The notes: generated by a model not told the origin, from the letters alone. A stretch of DNA of 64,000 nt from Chloroflexota bacterium (GCA_027623195.1 JAQBUT010000008.1:1-64000); one strand, 5' to 3'; counted from the stretch's first letter, positions 8,807-19,052 are shown. Translations and numbers: made by a program.

Positions 8807-11071
8807 CTACCGACCCCCGGTGTTTCCTCCCCCGCCGCCGCCAGGGTTGCCACCACCGCCACCGCCGAAGCCACGGAAGCCCAGTTGCTGTGCATTGGCG
8901 TCCTGTATCTCGATCATGTAGAGTTCGCCTTCGGAAAGTCCCTGTTGAACAATGGTCCAGAAGCCGTCGCTGCTGCCAAGCACAACGACTCGCTCTTCCA
9001 GAGAGCCTCCGTTACTCACCAGCACCTGAGGTTGCGAGAAGCTGCCGTGTATGGCCTGGTTCGGGACTAGCAGGCCTCGCTCTCGGCCCAGGGCAACGTT
9101 GGCTACTGCGCTCAACCCCTCCTGCAATCGCAGGTCTGCCGGTACGTTGACCACGATCTCCACGTCGAAAGTGACTACGCCCTGCTGATTGGAGGCCGCC
9201 GAACTGATAGTGGATACTGTCCCTATGAGGGTCTGGCCTGGGAGCGCATCCATGGACACGGTGGCCTGTGCGCCGCGTTGGAGCGACAGCACGTCAATCT
9301 CATCTACGATGCCTTCTACGACGACGATACTGGGATTGATGACCTCCACAATCTCGGCGGTTCCCTGGACATCCTGCCCTGCCTCCACGTGAACCGTCGA
9401 GACGAATCCAGGCCATGGAGCGGTCAAGGTGGAGTTTTCGAATCTTCGTCTTGCGCCGTCCAACAGCGCTTTGGCGGATGCGACTCGAGCCTCCTCCAGA
9501 GCTAGCTTCATCTGGTAAAGACCATTGGCATTCTCAGCTGCTCGTTTGGCTGCATCGGAATTGGACTGTGCAATCGCGACCTCCATCGGGTCCGGGTTGA
9601 TCACAGCATCCAGAGCCTTCACGGCGTTGTCATAGGCAGCCTGTGCTGCGGCGAGCAAAGCGCTTACTCTGGCTAGTTCCAGAGTATTTGGACCGAGGAC
9701 GTTTTCCAGGTCTTGCTCCGCGTCTGCCATAGCACGCGCTGCGATAATCAACTGATGCTGTAAAAGGTCTGATTCCGGGCCGCCATCAAGACCATCAAAG
9801 GCCTTTTCTGCGCTAATAACAGTAGCCTCGGCCTGGGTCAGATTCTTTTCGGCCTGGGCCACCTGTGTATCAAAAGCCAGGCGTTCGTCCTGCAGGGCCT
9901 GCCAGGTGTCCTCGGTGTCCCGTTCGATGCAGAATTGCTGTGCCGCCGATAGTGTGCTCCTGCCAGCAGTTGTGACTGTAACCTCTTCCGATTCGACGTC
10001 GCAGGTAATCTCGATGGCTGCGCTCGAAGGGTGCAACGCAACCCAGGCATACACTGTGAGTTCGTTCCACTTTGTATTGGGGGCATCGCCGAAAACCCCA
10101 TCGGGAAACAGATCATATCCCGACTTGTAAATGACGTTTGGATCGAAGTCCCAGGTCTCGAATAGCTCATCTGAGGTGTGTAGTAACTCTTCATCCGTTA
10201 AAGTCACACCGGTCCACTTTTTAATAGCGCCAGCGTAATCCTCCTCCGCCTGGTCCAGGGATGCCTGGGCGTCGTCGACAGAAATGGTAGCCTGCGCGAT
10301 TTTCAGCTCCTGCCTTGCGACGGAAAGGTCTTTTACGGCAGCGGTGAGGCTGTCGGAGGCTGTTAGTGAATCCCCACCCAGGGCGTCTTTGGCATCGCGA
10401 TACGCTATTTGCGCCTCGGCGAGGGCAGCCTGCGCCTCCGCGACGAATGCGGCCGACGGACCCGCTACATCATCGAAGGCCTCTTGCGCATCTCGTAAGG
10501 CGATGGCCGCATCCGCCGCTGCGCTCTCGGCGTCAGCCAGCGCCTGTGGGTCGGGGCCTACTAGGGCCTCAAACACGTCGAGGGCGGCTTGTAAATCCAG
10601 CTCCGCCTGTGCCAAAGGTAGATTGGAAGCACGAGCGGTATCCAAATCTGCCTTGGCCTGTAGATAATCCAGGTTCGCCTGCGCGTAGGATACCTGTAGT
10701 TGGGATGTTGTCTCTGCATCCAGCAGGACCAGAGGCTGGCCTTCCTCGACCTCCTGACCCTCGGCCACCAGCACCTCCGCCACGGTACCCTGAGAACCGA
10801 AGGTGAGGACCTCTTTCTTGGCGAATGTTATGCTGCCGTTGACTGCGACCTCATTTGTCAGATCGCCTACGCTAATGGGAAACAGGCGCTGATTCTCTTC
10901 CAGCGATTGCCCCCCGGCCGAGGTAGCCATAGAGTAGATTCCATAGGTCACCACGAAGGATGCCACCACCACGGTCGCCAGAATGGCTATCTGACGGCGG
11001 CTCAAATCCCGTAGGGCATCGGCCAGCCAATTCGAAAGCGCTCTAATTTCGTCGCCAGAGGTTAATCTCAT
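8807..11071 (-). CDS. Periplasmic adaptor / membrane fusion protein (HlyD/MacA-like), unusually long
   Basis: N-terminal TM; lipoyl halves GTVAEVLVAEGQEV and LTAPWPG..V..G; long Ala-rich coiled coil; VDEIDV beta-barrel. Confidence 0.85.
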   Translation of the reverse strand: MRLTSGDEIRALSNWLADALRDLSRRQIAILATVVVASFVVTYGIYSMATSAGGQSLEENQRLFPISVGDLTNEVAVNGSITFAKKEVLTFGSQGTVAEVLVAEGQEVEEGQPLVLLDAETTSQLQVSYAQANLDYLQAKADLDTARASNLPLAQAELDLQAALDVFEALVGPDPQALADAESAAADAAIALRDAQEAFDDVAGPSAAFVAEAQAALAEAQIAYRDAKDALGGDSLTASDSLTAAVKDLSVARQELKIAQATISVDDAQASLDQAEEDYAGAIKKWTGVTLTDEELLHTSDELFETWDFDPNVIYKSGYDLFPDGVFGDAPNTKWNELTVYAWVALHPSSAAIEITCDVESEEVTVTTAGRSTLSAAQQFCIERDTEDTWQALQDERLAFDTQVAQAEKNLTQAEATVISAEKAFDGLDGGPESDLLQHQLIIAARAMADAEQDLENVLGPNTLELARVSALLAAAQAAYDNAVKALDAVINPDPMEVAIAQSNSDAAKRAAENANGLYQMKLALEEARVASAKALLDGARRRFENSTLTAPWPGFVSTVHVEAGQDVQGTAEIVEVINPSIVVVEGIVDEIDVLSLQRGAQATVSMDALPGQTLIGTVSTISSAASNQQGVVTFDVEIVVNVPADLRLQEGLSAVANVALGRERGLLVPNQAIHGSFSQPQVLVSNGGSLEERVVVLGSSDGFWTIVQQGLSEGELYMIEIQDANAQQLGFRGFGGGGGGNPGGGGGGNTGGR

Positions 11072-11234
11072 AATCAAAATCGTACCAGATAACTGTTAAG
11101 ATCTTGTGAAGCATACTCACCATACCACCCAAGGTATTTACGCTGGAACGGGCCCGTGAGATTGGTCGGGATTCGCCCATCTCGATACTCTAGGCTCCTT
11201 GCGGGGTCGGGTTCCGTGAGGCTAGCCTGACGGT

Positions 11235-12191
11235 ATGGATGAGATGGCGTGGAATTCACTGTTGCAAGATTTTCAGAGGCACCTTAAGGCCGAGAAGGAT
11301 CTGGCGGACCTGACTATTCGCAACTACTCGACGGACATTCAGCCGCTGTACGAATTCATGCGCTTGAGGGGCATTTCTGAGCTGAGAGGCCTGGATAAGT
11401 TCGCTTTGCGCGGATACCTGGCCTGGCTGACCGAACTTGGATACGCCCGACCAAGCATCGTCCGAAAAACCAGCACGCTACGCACGTTCCTGGCTTGGCT
11501 TACACGCAAAGGAATCCTCGAAGGCGACCCACTTCCGCGAAGGGGCACCATGCGGAGCGAAAAGCGTTTGCCCCGGTTTCTCTCGCAAGAGAACGCCGAG
11601 AAGCTAATGGAAGCCCCTGATCCGACTACGTTGGTGGGAATACGGGACAGAGCGTTGCTTGAGGTTATCTACGGCGCAGGACTGCGTGTCAGCGAGGCAA
11701 GTGGCCTGGATGTCACGAATATGAATTTGCCAACCCGAGAGATACGCGTCACGGGCAAGGGCTCCAAGCAGCGTATCGTCCTGATTGGCGAGACGGCCAG
11801 GTTGTCCATGGCGCGCTACCTCAGGGAGGCCAGGCCCCACCTGGTCAGCGACAAAAGCAAGGTCATACTGTTTCTGAACCGGTTTGGAGGCCGCCTGAGC
11901 CAACGAAGCATTCAGGAGAAGGTCCGCCGCTACAGCATCAAGGCGGGGCTGCCAGACGGGGTGCATACCCATACGTTGCGGCACTCCTTTGCGACGCATT
12001 TGCTGGAAGGAGGCGCAGACCTGCGTGTGGTGCAGGACCTTATGGGCCACTCCAGCCCTGCTACGACGCAAATCTACACCCACGTCACGCAGAACGAGGC
12101 GAGAAGGGTTTACCTTACTGCCCACCCACGCTCTCAAGCCTCTGGGCTTACTAATCAGCAAGATAAGCCTGCCGAGGACCCCGAAGATTAG
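11235..12191 (+). CDS. xerC: Tyrosine recombinase, XerC/XerD family
   Basis: GLRVSE, GKGSK, HTLRHSFATH, LMGH, TTQIYTH catalytic set; xerC versus xerD not certain. Confidence 0.85.
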   Translation: MDEMAWNSLLQDFQRHLKAEKDLADLTIRNYSTDIQPLYEFMRLRGISELRGLDKFALRGYLAWLTELGYARPSIVRKTSTLRTFLAWLTRKGILEGDPLPRRGTMRSEKRLPRFLSQENAEKLMEAPDPTTLVGIRDRALLEVIYGAGLRVSEASGLDVTNMNLPTREIRVTGKGSKQRIVLIGETARLSMARYLREARPHLVSDKSKVILFLNRFGGRLSQRSIQEKVRRYSIKAGLPDGVHTHTLRHSFATHLLEGGADLRVVQDLMGHSSPATTQIYTHVTQNEARRVYLTAHPRSQASGLTNQQDKPAEDPED

Positions 12192-12257
12192 CTATATCCC
12201 CACAGCGTTTACTCTAGTTATCGACAACTAACGGCCCACTTTCCGTCCGGGGTATCC

Positions 12258-12338
12258 ATGAGAAAATTCTCCATAATCGTCGCCGCAAGTCTCATTACTT
12301 TTCTGGTTCTGCTGGGCCTGAACCAGTTCATCCAGTAA
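12258..12338 (+). CDS. Putative 26-aa single-TM small protein MRKFSIIVAASLITFLVLLGLNQFIQ
   Basis: ATG..TAA ORF below the track cutoff; GGGGT upstream; basic N-terminus then hydrophobic helix. Confidence 0.4.
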   Translation: MRKFSIIVAASLITFLVLLGLNQFIQ

Positions 12339-12517
12339 TTTTTCCACCTCTCCATTGGTTCCCCGCCCGCTTACTTTCGTATTACAATAGCCTTGGGTAT
12401 GGGACGATACAAAGGAATTGGCCTAACTCGACCTGAAGATCCGTGTGTATCGAGGAAGGCTTGCGTTTCGGCAGTGGCCGGAGCCGGGTCCGCGAGAAAA
12501 GCTGGATATAAAAAATC

Positions 12518-12955
12518 ATGAAAATCTTGGTTGTTAATGGGCCAAATCTCAACATGCTTGGTAAGAGGGAAGCCTCCTACTATGGCGTAAAGACTTTGGC
12601 CGACATCGAGGACCTGGTTAGCGACAAAGCCCGCGACCTGGCTGTGGACGTGGAGTTTTTCCAGTCCAACCATGAGGGCGCAATTGTCGACTACCTGCAG
12701 GAAGCTGCCCAGGACGCCGAAGGTATTATCATTAACGCCGGGGCCTTAACTCATTACGGCATATCAATGCGGGACGCGCTAACCGACTCCAGGCTTCCCG
12801 TTGTCGAAATCCACTTGTCGAATATCCACGCTCGAGAGGAGTTCCGCCACCACTCGGTGATCGCGGACATTGCCATTGGTCAGATAGCAGGGCTTGGTTG
12901 GCAAGGCTACGTATTCGCTCTTGAGTACCTGGCCTCACATCTGAAGCGGAGCTAA
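12518..12955 (+). CDS. aroQ: Type II 3-dehydroquinate dehydratase
   Basis: NGPNLNMLGKRE..YG, QSNHEG, EIHLSNIHAREEFRH. Confidence 0.97.
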   Translation: MKILVVNGPNLNMLGKREASYYGVKTLADIEDLVSDKARDLAVDVEFFQSNHEGAIVDYLQEAAQDAEGIIINAGALTHYGISMRDALTDSRLPVVEIHLSNIHAREEFRHHSVIADIAIGQIAGLGWQGYVFALEYLASHLKRS

Positions 12956-12993
12956 CCAAACCGTTAGGGCGAATACACAAAAAGAGGAATAGT

Positions 12994-14076
12994 ATGAGCA
13001 GCAACCTAAAACTCGAAAAGCTACGTGAGAAACTTCAGGAAGAAGGCCTGGACGCGATGCTAATATCGTCGCCCGATAACCGGCGCTACATGTCCGGATT
13101 CACAGGGTCGGCTGGTTACCTGATGATTTCGAAGGACGATGCTGTTCTGGCCACGGACTTTCGTTATGTGGAGCAGGCCGGGCAGCAGTCACCCGACTTT
13201 CGAGTACAACGAACGGCCTCCGGGCTGGGCTGGTTCTCAGAATGGACGTCAGCGCAAGGAGTGAAGAAGGTCGGATTCGAGAGCACCGAAATGACCGTCG
13301 CGCTACACGAGGCCTTCACCAAGGTCGCGGCCGATGGAGAGAAAACTAACAGGCCGGAGCTTGTGGGTGTAACGGGGGTAATAGAGCGGCTCCGGACCTT
13401 CAAGGATGCCGAGGAGCTAAGGCTTCTCACAAGGGCTGTTGAGATTGCTGATGAGGCTATTGACCAGGTAAGCCCTGGCATAGTGCCCGGTATGACCGAG
13501 GAAGCGGTAGCGTGGGAGCTGGAGAAGGCTATGCGCGAACGCGGCGCCGAAATGATCTCCTTCGACACAATCGTCGGCGCGGGGCCTAATGGAGCTCTGC
13601 CTCACCACAGGGCCGACGAAACGGTGATCAAAGACGGCGATGCCATCGTTATCGATATGGGTGCGAAGTACCATGGCTACTGCAGCGACCTTACCCGCAC
13701 GGTCTACGTTGGAACGCCCGACGGGAAGTTTAGGGAGATTTATGATATCGTCCTCCATGCGCAGGTAGAGGCCGAGGAAAAGGTGGAGGCGGGAATGACC
13801 GGCGAGCAGTGCGATGCGATCTCAAGGGACATCATCGTAAAGGCCGGTTATGGCGACGACTTCGGACACAGCCTCGGTCACGGCGTTGGCCTTGCAGTAC
13901 ACGAATTCCCGAGGGTTGGTCCCAGGGCGGACGATGTTCTAGCAGATGGCATGGTATTTACCATAGAGCCAGGGATTTACCTGTCAGGTTGGGGCGGGGT
14001 CCGCATTGAGGACATAGTCGTAATGGAGAACGGGCGGGCCCGGGTTATCAGCAAGGCACACAAATTGAAGTTCTAG
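12994..14076 (+). CDS. Xaa-Pro peptidase (M24B family)
   Basis: YCSDLTRT, FGHSLGHGVGL.VHE, TIEPGIY, GVRIED; common aroQ-peptidase-efp order. Confidence 0.93.
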   Translation: MSSNLKLEKLREKLQEEGLDAMLISSPDNRRYMSGFTGSAGYLMISKDDAVLATDFRYVEQAGQQSPDFRVQRTASGLGWFSEWTSAQGVKKVGFESTEMTVALHEAFTKVAADGEKTNRPELVGVTGVIERLRTFKDAEELRLLTRAVEIADEAIDQVSPGIVPGMTEEAVAWELEKAMRERGAEMISFDTIVGAGPNGALPHHRADETVIKDGDAIVIDMGAKYHGYCSDLTRTVYVGTPDGKFREIYDIVLHAQVEAEEKVEAGMTGEQCDAISRDIIVKAGYGDDFGHSLGHGVGLAVHEFPRVGPRADDVLADGMVFTIEPGIYLSGWGGVRIEDIVVMENGRARVISKAHKLKF

Positions 14077-14097
14077 GATTTAGGGCGGAGGGCGCAC

Positions 14098-14661
14098 ATG
14101 ACGGTCAATTACGGGAATCTGCGAAAGGGCATGGCCATTAAACTGGATGACCGGCCTTTTGTGGTGGTGGAGTACGAGCAGCAGAAAAAGCAGCAGCGTG
14201 CCCCTGTTATGCGAATCAAGTTCCGTGAGCTGACCACAGGACGGTTGGTAGAGCGCACCTTCTCCGGCTACGACGTTGATTTCACGCTGGCCGATGTGGA
14301 GCGGCATACCGCCCAGTACATCTACCAGGACGACGCCCTGTATTACTTCATGGATACGACGAGCTACGATCAGTTTCCGCTGGCCAGCGACCAAATTACC
14401 GATTCCTTGCCGTTCCTGGTGGAGCAGATCGAAGTGGAACTGGTTCTTTACCAGGGGAAACCCGTTGCCATCGAACTGCCTATCACGGTTGACCTTGCGG
14501 TGTCAGAAACGGTGCCTGGTGTGCGCGGCGACACCGCGCAGGGCGGGACCAAGCCAGCCACGCTGGAGACCGGCCATGTGCTGAACGTGCCGCTTTTCGT
14601 CAACGCCGGCGAAAAGGTAAAGGTCGACACTCGGACCGGTCAGTACCTCTCGCGAATCTAA
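14098..14661 (+). CDS. efp: Elongation factor P with non-canonical tip loop
   Basis: PGVRGDTA, KPATLETG, VPLFV, VDTRTGQY.SR C-terminal signature. Confidence 0.93.
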   Translation: MTVNYGNLRKGMAIKLDDRPFVVVEYEQQKKQQRAPVMRIKFRELTTGRLVERTFSGYDVDFTLADVERHTAQYIYQDDALYYFMDTTSYDQFPLASDQITDSLPFLVEQIEVELVLYQGKPVAIELPITVDLAVSETVPGVRGDTAQGGTKPATLETGHVLNVPLFVNAGEKVKVDTRTGQYLSRI

Positions 14662-14774
14662 ATCTCGTTTAGCGGTTGACTGCCGTTCGGGCTCAGCGTC
14701 GGCGACCTGATCTTGAACGGCGCACGCATATGCCATGGGATGCCTCCCTGCCCTTCTGCCAAGCCTCTTGTCCG

Positions 14775-16052
14775 CTAATTAACTGCCGCCCGACTTTTCA
14801 AAAAAGGCTCGCGGGAGATGGCCACCAGGGTCGCGCCGGTGATGTAGCTGACGATGATAGCCAGAAATGCCGGCTGGTAATTCTGGGCGAAGTCGAACCA
14901 CAACCCCACCAAAACCGGGCCTGCCGCTGCCCCGATTACCGTGGCCGGGTAGCTAATCCCTCTAATGGCGCCAATGTTTGCGCGTCCAAAGTACCTAGCC
15001 CAGATGAATTCGCTAAGCGGAATCGTTCCGCCAAAGCCGAAGCCGTAGAAGAAGAAACCCAGCAGAAGAAGCGGGAGACTTCCCGCTTGCGCGGCGACGA
15101 GCATTGTCGCTACACCAGTGCATGAGGCGGCGTTCGCAACTAATACCAGTCTCTTGGCCGGTACCCTCTGCAAACCGTAGCCCCATACGACCTTGGACGA
15201 TAGGTTCCCCAGTCCGTTCACTGCAAGCCCTAGCGCCGCCAAGCTCCTGGTGAATCCGGCGTCGGTGGCGAAGGGGATGGCGTGGATCAGCACGGACATA
15301 AGCGACATCTGGATCACGCCAAATCCCACGACCAGCAGCCAGAAGCTACTGGTGCGCACTGCCTGATGCCGCGTGAGCGATGGCGTTTCCGCTTGCCGAT
15401 GTCGGTCGACTTGGGCCTGTTCGTCTACGCTGTCGTCCGGCCCTGCATCACCGTCGGGGAGAAGCCCCATGTCCTCAGGAGTTCGTCTCATGATAAAGGC
15501 GATGGGTACAACGATAATGATGCAAAACGCGGCCAGCGCAGCGTAGCCCGTCCTCCACCCGAAGCCGTCCACAATTGCGGTCATGGAGACCGGTGCAATC
15601 AATCCGCCCAACGAGATGCCTGCAGAGCCAATGGCCAGGGCCCAGCCTCGTCTGCGTATGAACCACTTGTTCAACGTCGCGTTTATGACCAGCGGGCCGT
15701 ACAGTGTCCAGCCTAGGAGGCCCGATAGAACGTAAAGGCTTAGAAATATCCAGTACGTGGACTGGATGCTCAGCAGGTAAAAACAGATCGCGCTGACTGC
15801 GGCCCCCGTAATCAGAAGCGGACGCGGCCCGCGCTTATCTACGACATTGCCGGCGAAGATTCCTGATATCGCTCCAGCACCGACGGCCAGGGACGACCCC
15901 AGCGTGAACTGCCAAACCTGCCAGCCCAGATCGTCAGTTACTGGCCGTAAAAATACGCCCACCGTGGCCTGACCAGCCGTCATGAAGGCGAACTGGCTGA
16001 GTACGGCAGCGCCTACAATCCACCAGCCGTAGTAAGGCGTTTTCTTAATCAA
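14775..16052 (-). CDS. MFS transporter
   Basis: About 12 TM segments; G.VVDKRGPR motif A; WFIRRRG; YFGRANIG. Confidence 0.9.
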   Translation of the reverse strand: MIKKTPYYGWWIVGAAVLSQFAFMTAGQATVGVFLRPVTDDLGWQVWQFTLGSSLAVGAGAISGIFAGNVVDKRGPRPLLITGAAVSAICFYLLSIQSTYWIFLSLYVLSGLLGWTLYGPLVINATLNKWFIRRRGWALAIGSAGISLGGLIAPVSMTAIVDGFGWRTGYAALAAFCIIIVVPIAFIMRRTPEDMGLLPDGDAGPDDSVDEQAQVDRHRQAETPSLTRHQAVRTSSFWLLVVGFGVIQMSLMSVLIHAIPFATDAGFTRSLAALGLAVNGLGNLSSKVVWGYGLQRVPAKRLVLVANAASCTGVATMLVAAQAGSLPLLLLGFFFYGFGFGGTIPLSEFIWARYFGRANIGAIRGISYPATVIGAAAGPVLVGLWFDFAQNYQPAFLAIIVSYITGATLVAISREPFLKSRAAVN

Positions 16053-16226
16053 CGTAAGTTCCTGTTAATTGATCGTCCTGTCCCTGTTTAGGGCTCGGCC
16101 CCAAGGCCCGAAGTATGGCAAGTTTTGCAGGTCAGCCCATCCTGTGCAACGGATTCGGCACTAACACCTTGCCGGTGTATCATATGCAGACCGTCAAAAA
16201 GTTGCGATGAAAATACAGGAAATCGA

Positions 16227-17417
16227 ATGCCCGTTTACACCGTTGGCGAGGTCTCGTCTTACATAAAGGACACACTGGAAAGGGACACGCTGTTGCAGGA
16301 CGCCTGGGTCAGCGGCGAAGTCTCCAACCTGGCGCGACCTGGCTCCGGGCATTCGTACTTTACCCTGCGTGACGCCAAGGCTACGCTGCGGTGTGTCGCG
16401 TTTCGTGGCTCCCGTGGCGCGGAGCACCTAGATAATGGCGCCGCCGTCATAGTTCACGGCAGGGTATCCATGTATGAACCGCGCGGCGACCTTCAGCTCA
16501 TCGTCGATATAGTGCAGCCGGAGGGTGTGGGCGAGCTACAGCTAAAGCTAGAGCAGTTGCACCATAAGCTTGAAACAGAGGGCCTGTTCGAGCCGTCGCG
16601 AAAGCGGGAGCTTCCTGTGTTTCCACAGCGTATTGCCGTGGTGACATCCCCTACCGGCGCGGTCTGGCACGACATACAAACGGTGATCAACAGACGCTAC
16701 CCGCTGGTGGAGTTGGCGTTAGCGCCGTCTCCTGTTCAGGGCGACGGGGCCGCGCTCGCCATAGTAGAGGCCATATCAGCCGCCAACGCCGAACCAGACG
16801 TGGACATGATCATCTTGGCCAGAGGCGGGGGGTCGCTGGAGGACCTGTGGGCCTTCAACGAGGAGGCCGTAGCCAGGGCCATCTACGCAAGCAGAGTTCC
16901 TGTCATAAGCGCGGTGGGACATGAGACGGACTACACCATCGCCGACCTGGTGGCCGACCGCAGAGCCCCGACGCCCTCCGCAGCCGCCGAGATGGCTGTG
17001 CCTGCTCGCCGGGAGCTGATGGCGGGCATATTGGGGGCTGCGCAGACTTTGAACTCATTTATCGACGGGCAACTAACAGCCAAGGGCGAAGCTACGAGAC
17101 AACTGGAATCGCGGCTCCAGCGCGCCCTGCCCGACCTGGATACGCTTCGCATTCGGGTGGACGACCTGCTGAGGAACGTCGCCACGCATCTTCACCACGC
17201 CGTGAGTCTGAACTCGGAACGCCTGGGCGGTCTGCGTTTGCGCCTGGAGACGCTGAGCCCTAAGGACACGCTAAGGCGGGGCTACGCCATAGTTCAGAAA
17301 GCCGAGGATGGCGCTGTACTCACCGATGCATCGCAAGTTAAAGCAGGTGATTCCCTGGGCATCACGTTGGGGCAGGGCCTCTTGGATGCAGAGGTGACCG
17401 GAGTCCGAGACGGGTAA
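16227..17417 (+). CDS. xseA: Exodeoxyribonuclease VII large subunit
   Basis: GEVSN, SGHSYFTL, RGGGSLEDLWAFN, SAVGHETD, APTPSAAAE, LRRGYAIV. Confidence 0.97.
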   Translation: MPVYTVGEVSSYIKDTLERDTLLQDAWVSGEVSNLARPGSGHSYFTLRDAKATLRCVAFRGSRGAEHLDNGAAVIVHGRVSMYEPRGDLQLIVDIVQPEGVGELQLKLEQLHHKLETEGLFEPSRKRELPVFPQRIAVVTSPTGAVWHDIQTVINRRYPLVELALAPSPVQGDGAALAIVEAISAANAEPDVDMIILARGGGSLEDLWAFNEEAVARAIYASRVPVISAVGHETDYTIADLVADRRAPTPSAAAEMAVPARRELMAGILGAAQTLNSFIDGQLTAKGEATRQLESRLQRALPDLDTLRIRVDDLLRNVATHLHHAVSLNSERLGGLRLRLETLSPKDTLRRGYAIVQKAEDGAVLTDASQVKAGDSLGITLGQGLLDAEVTGVRDG

Positions 17418-17499
17418 AGCGCATTGCGAATGCAGAAATTAGCTATCTTCGCCCTGTGCTAGACTAGGGCCGATCTAAATTCTGTTTGGAAAATGAGGA

Positions 17500-18132
17500 G
17501 TGGCTATGACCTTACAGCACGAAATGTACCCCGTACAGTTCGACGTTGATTACCCCGTAGCACCGCTAAGTCGGGTCTCCACGTTCTTCAGGTTAGTGAC
17601 CGTCATTCCGATCAGCGTGGTGTTGATCTCACTTGGCGCGGGATGGGCAGGAGCCGCTGGGGTCCTATACCTTAGCGCTATTGGTGCCCTTCTAGTTTTC
17701 CCACCTCTTCTGATGATTCTATTCAAGCAGAAGTATCCCCGCTGGTGGTTCGATTGGAACCTGGAACTTATGAGGTTTGCCAGTCGTGTCGAGGTCTACA
17801 CGAACCTGCTACGAGACGAATACCCCTCCACCGATGAAGAGCAGGCGGTGCACCTGGACATGGCCTATCCAGACGTTCCGGGGCAGCTTAATCGCTGGCT
17901 CCCTTTGGTCAAGTGGATCCTGGCTGTCCCCCATTACATGGTGCTGTTCTTTCTAACAATTGCGGCGTTCATCGTCATCACCGTAGCATGGTTCGCGATC
18001 TTATTTACGGGACGCTACCCGAGAGATTTGTTCAACTTCGTCGTAGGTGTAATGCGTTGGTGGATTCGAGTCGTCGCATACGCATTTATAATGGCTACGG
18101 ACAAGTATCCGCCGTTTCATTTGAGCCAGTAG
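17500..18132 (+). CDS. DUF4389-type membrane protein
   Basis: Twice-repeated ILF..(K/R)YP...F....RV..Y....D.YP unit. Confidence 0.8.
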   Translation: MAMTLQHEMYPVQFDVDYPVAPLSRVSTFFRLVTVIPISVVLISLGAGWAGAAGVLYLSAIGALLVFPPLLMILFKQKYPRWWFDWNLELMRFASRVEVYTNLLRDEYPSTDEEQAVHLDMAYPDVPGQLNRWLPLVKWILAVPHYMVLFFLTIAAFIVITVAWFAILFTGRYPRDLFNFVVGVMRWWIRVVAYAFIMATDKYPPFHLSQ

Positions 18133-18165
18133 TCGGCAGTATCGAATAGCCAGAGAGGAAATTTC

Positions 18166-18489
18166 TTGCCCAAGGCCGAACCCAAAAAACCTAAGTCCAG
18201 TAAACCTGAATCCAACAAGGCTGATGCCGCTTTCAGCAAGCTAACCTTCGAGCAGGCCCTGACTCGTCTGGACGAGACGGTGCAGAACCTGGAAAAGGGT
18301 GGTCTGTCGCTTACCGACGCCACAAAGCTGTACGAAGACGGCATGAAGCTGGCTCGCATCTGCAATGAAACGCTGGCCTCCGCCGAGTTGCGCATTACCC
18401 GAATACAGACGGCGTACGGCGAGCAGATGCGCTTCATGGCGGATGAGGAACCTGATTCGGACGACCCAGACTCCGACGACGAAGAATGA
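18166..18489 (+). CDS. xseB: Exodeoxyribonuclease VII small subunit
   Basis: [22 protein letters not shown]...C...L..AE. Confidence 0.92.
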   Translation: MPKAEPKKPKSSKPESNKADAAFSKLTFEQALTRLDETVQNLEKGGLSLTDATKLYEDGMKLARICNETLASAELRITRIQTAYGEQMRFMADEEPDSDDPDSDDEE

Positions 18490-19052
18490 AGCCTTTCGTA
18501 CTTTTCGTAAAGGGCCTCAAGATAGCGATGCGAAGGCTGCGGACGCAGGGACCGCGCACCACGGCCATATGGGTTTACGCCCGGGGCATCCCGTACCTGA
18601 CCGGCAAGCCATTCCTGAGCTATAGCCGCATAACCTCTGAGATTTACGTTGGCCCCCAGTTCAGGCAGGGAGGCAAGCAGCTACTGGAGCGAGAAGGCAT
18701 ACACTATTCTGTCAACATGCGTGTGGAGTTCGACGACGCCGAGCATGGTCTGGCCTTGGAAAACTACTGCCATCTGCCAACAGTGGATGACACGCCGCCG
18801 TCTATGGAAGACCTGCAAAAAGGCATCGCTTTTATCTCAGATGCTGTCAACGGCGGGGGCAAAGTCTACATCCACTGCTCTGCCGGGGTGGGGCGCGCGC
18901 CAACCATGGCTGCGGCCTATTTTCTCAGCCAAGGGCACAGTCTGGACCAGGCCATCGCAATGATTAAACAGGTCCGTCCCTTCATAAATATCATGACACC
19001 ACAATTGGAGCTTCTCCATCAACTGGAAGCCGGCATGAAAATCCAGCCATAG
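18486..19052 (+). CDS. Dual-specificity protein phosphatase
   Basis: [12 protein letters not shown] (CX5R) active site; overlaps the xseB stop (ATGA). Confidence 0.9.
   Translation: MKPFVLFVKGLKIAMRRLRTQGPRTTAIWVYARGIPYLTGKPFLSYSRITSEIYVGPQFRQGGKQLLEREGIHYSVNMRVEFDDAEHGLALENYCHLPTVDDTPPSMEDLQKGIAFISDAVNGGGKVYIHCSAGVGRAPTMAAAYFLSQGHSLDQAIAMIKQVRPFINIMTPQLELLHQLEAGMKIQP

Noticed and set aside
11235..12191. Tyrosine recombinase as a prophage or island integrase
   Set aside because: Looks like housekeeping XerC/D; no arm-binding domain, att repeats or phage genes nearby.
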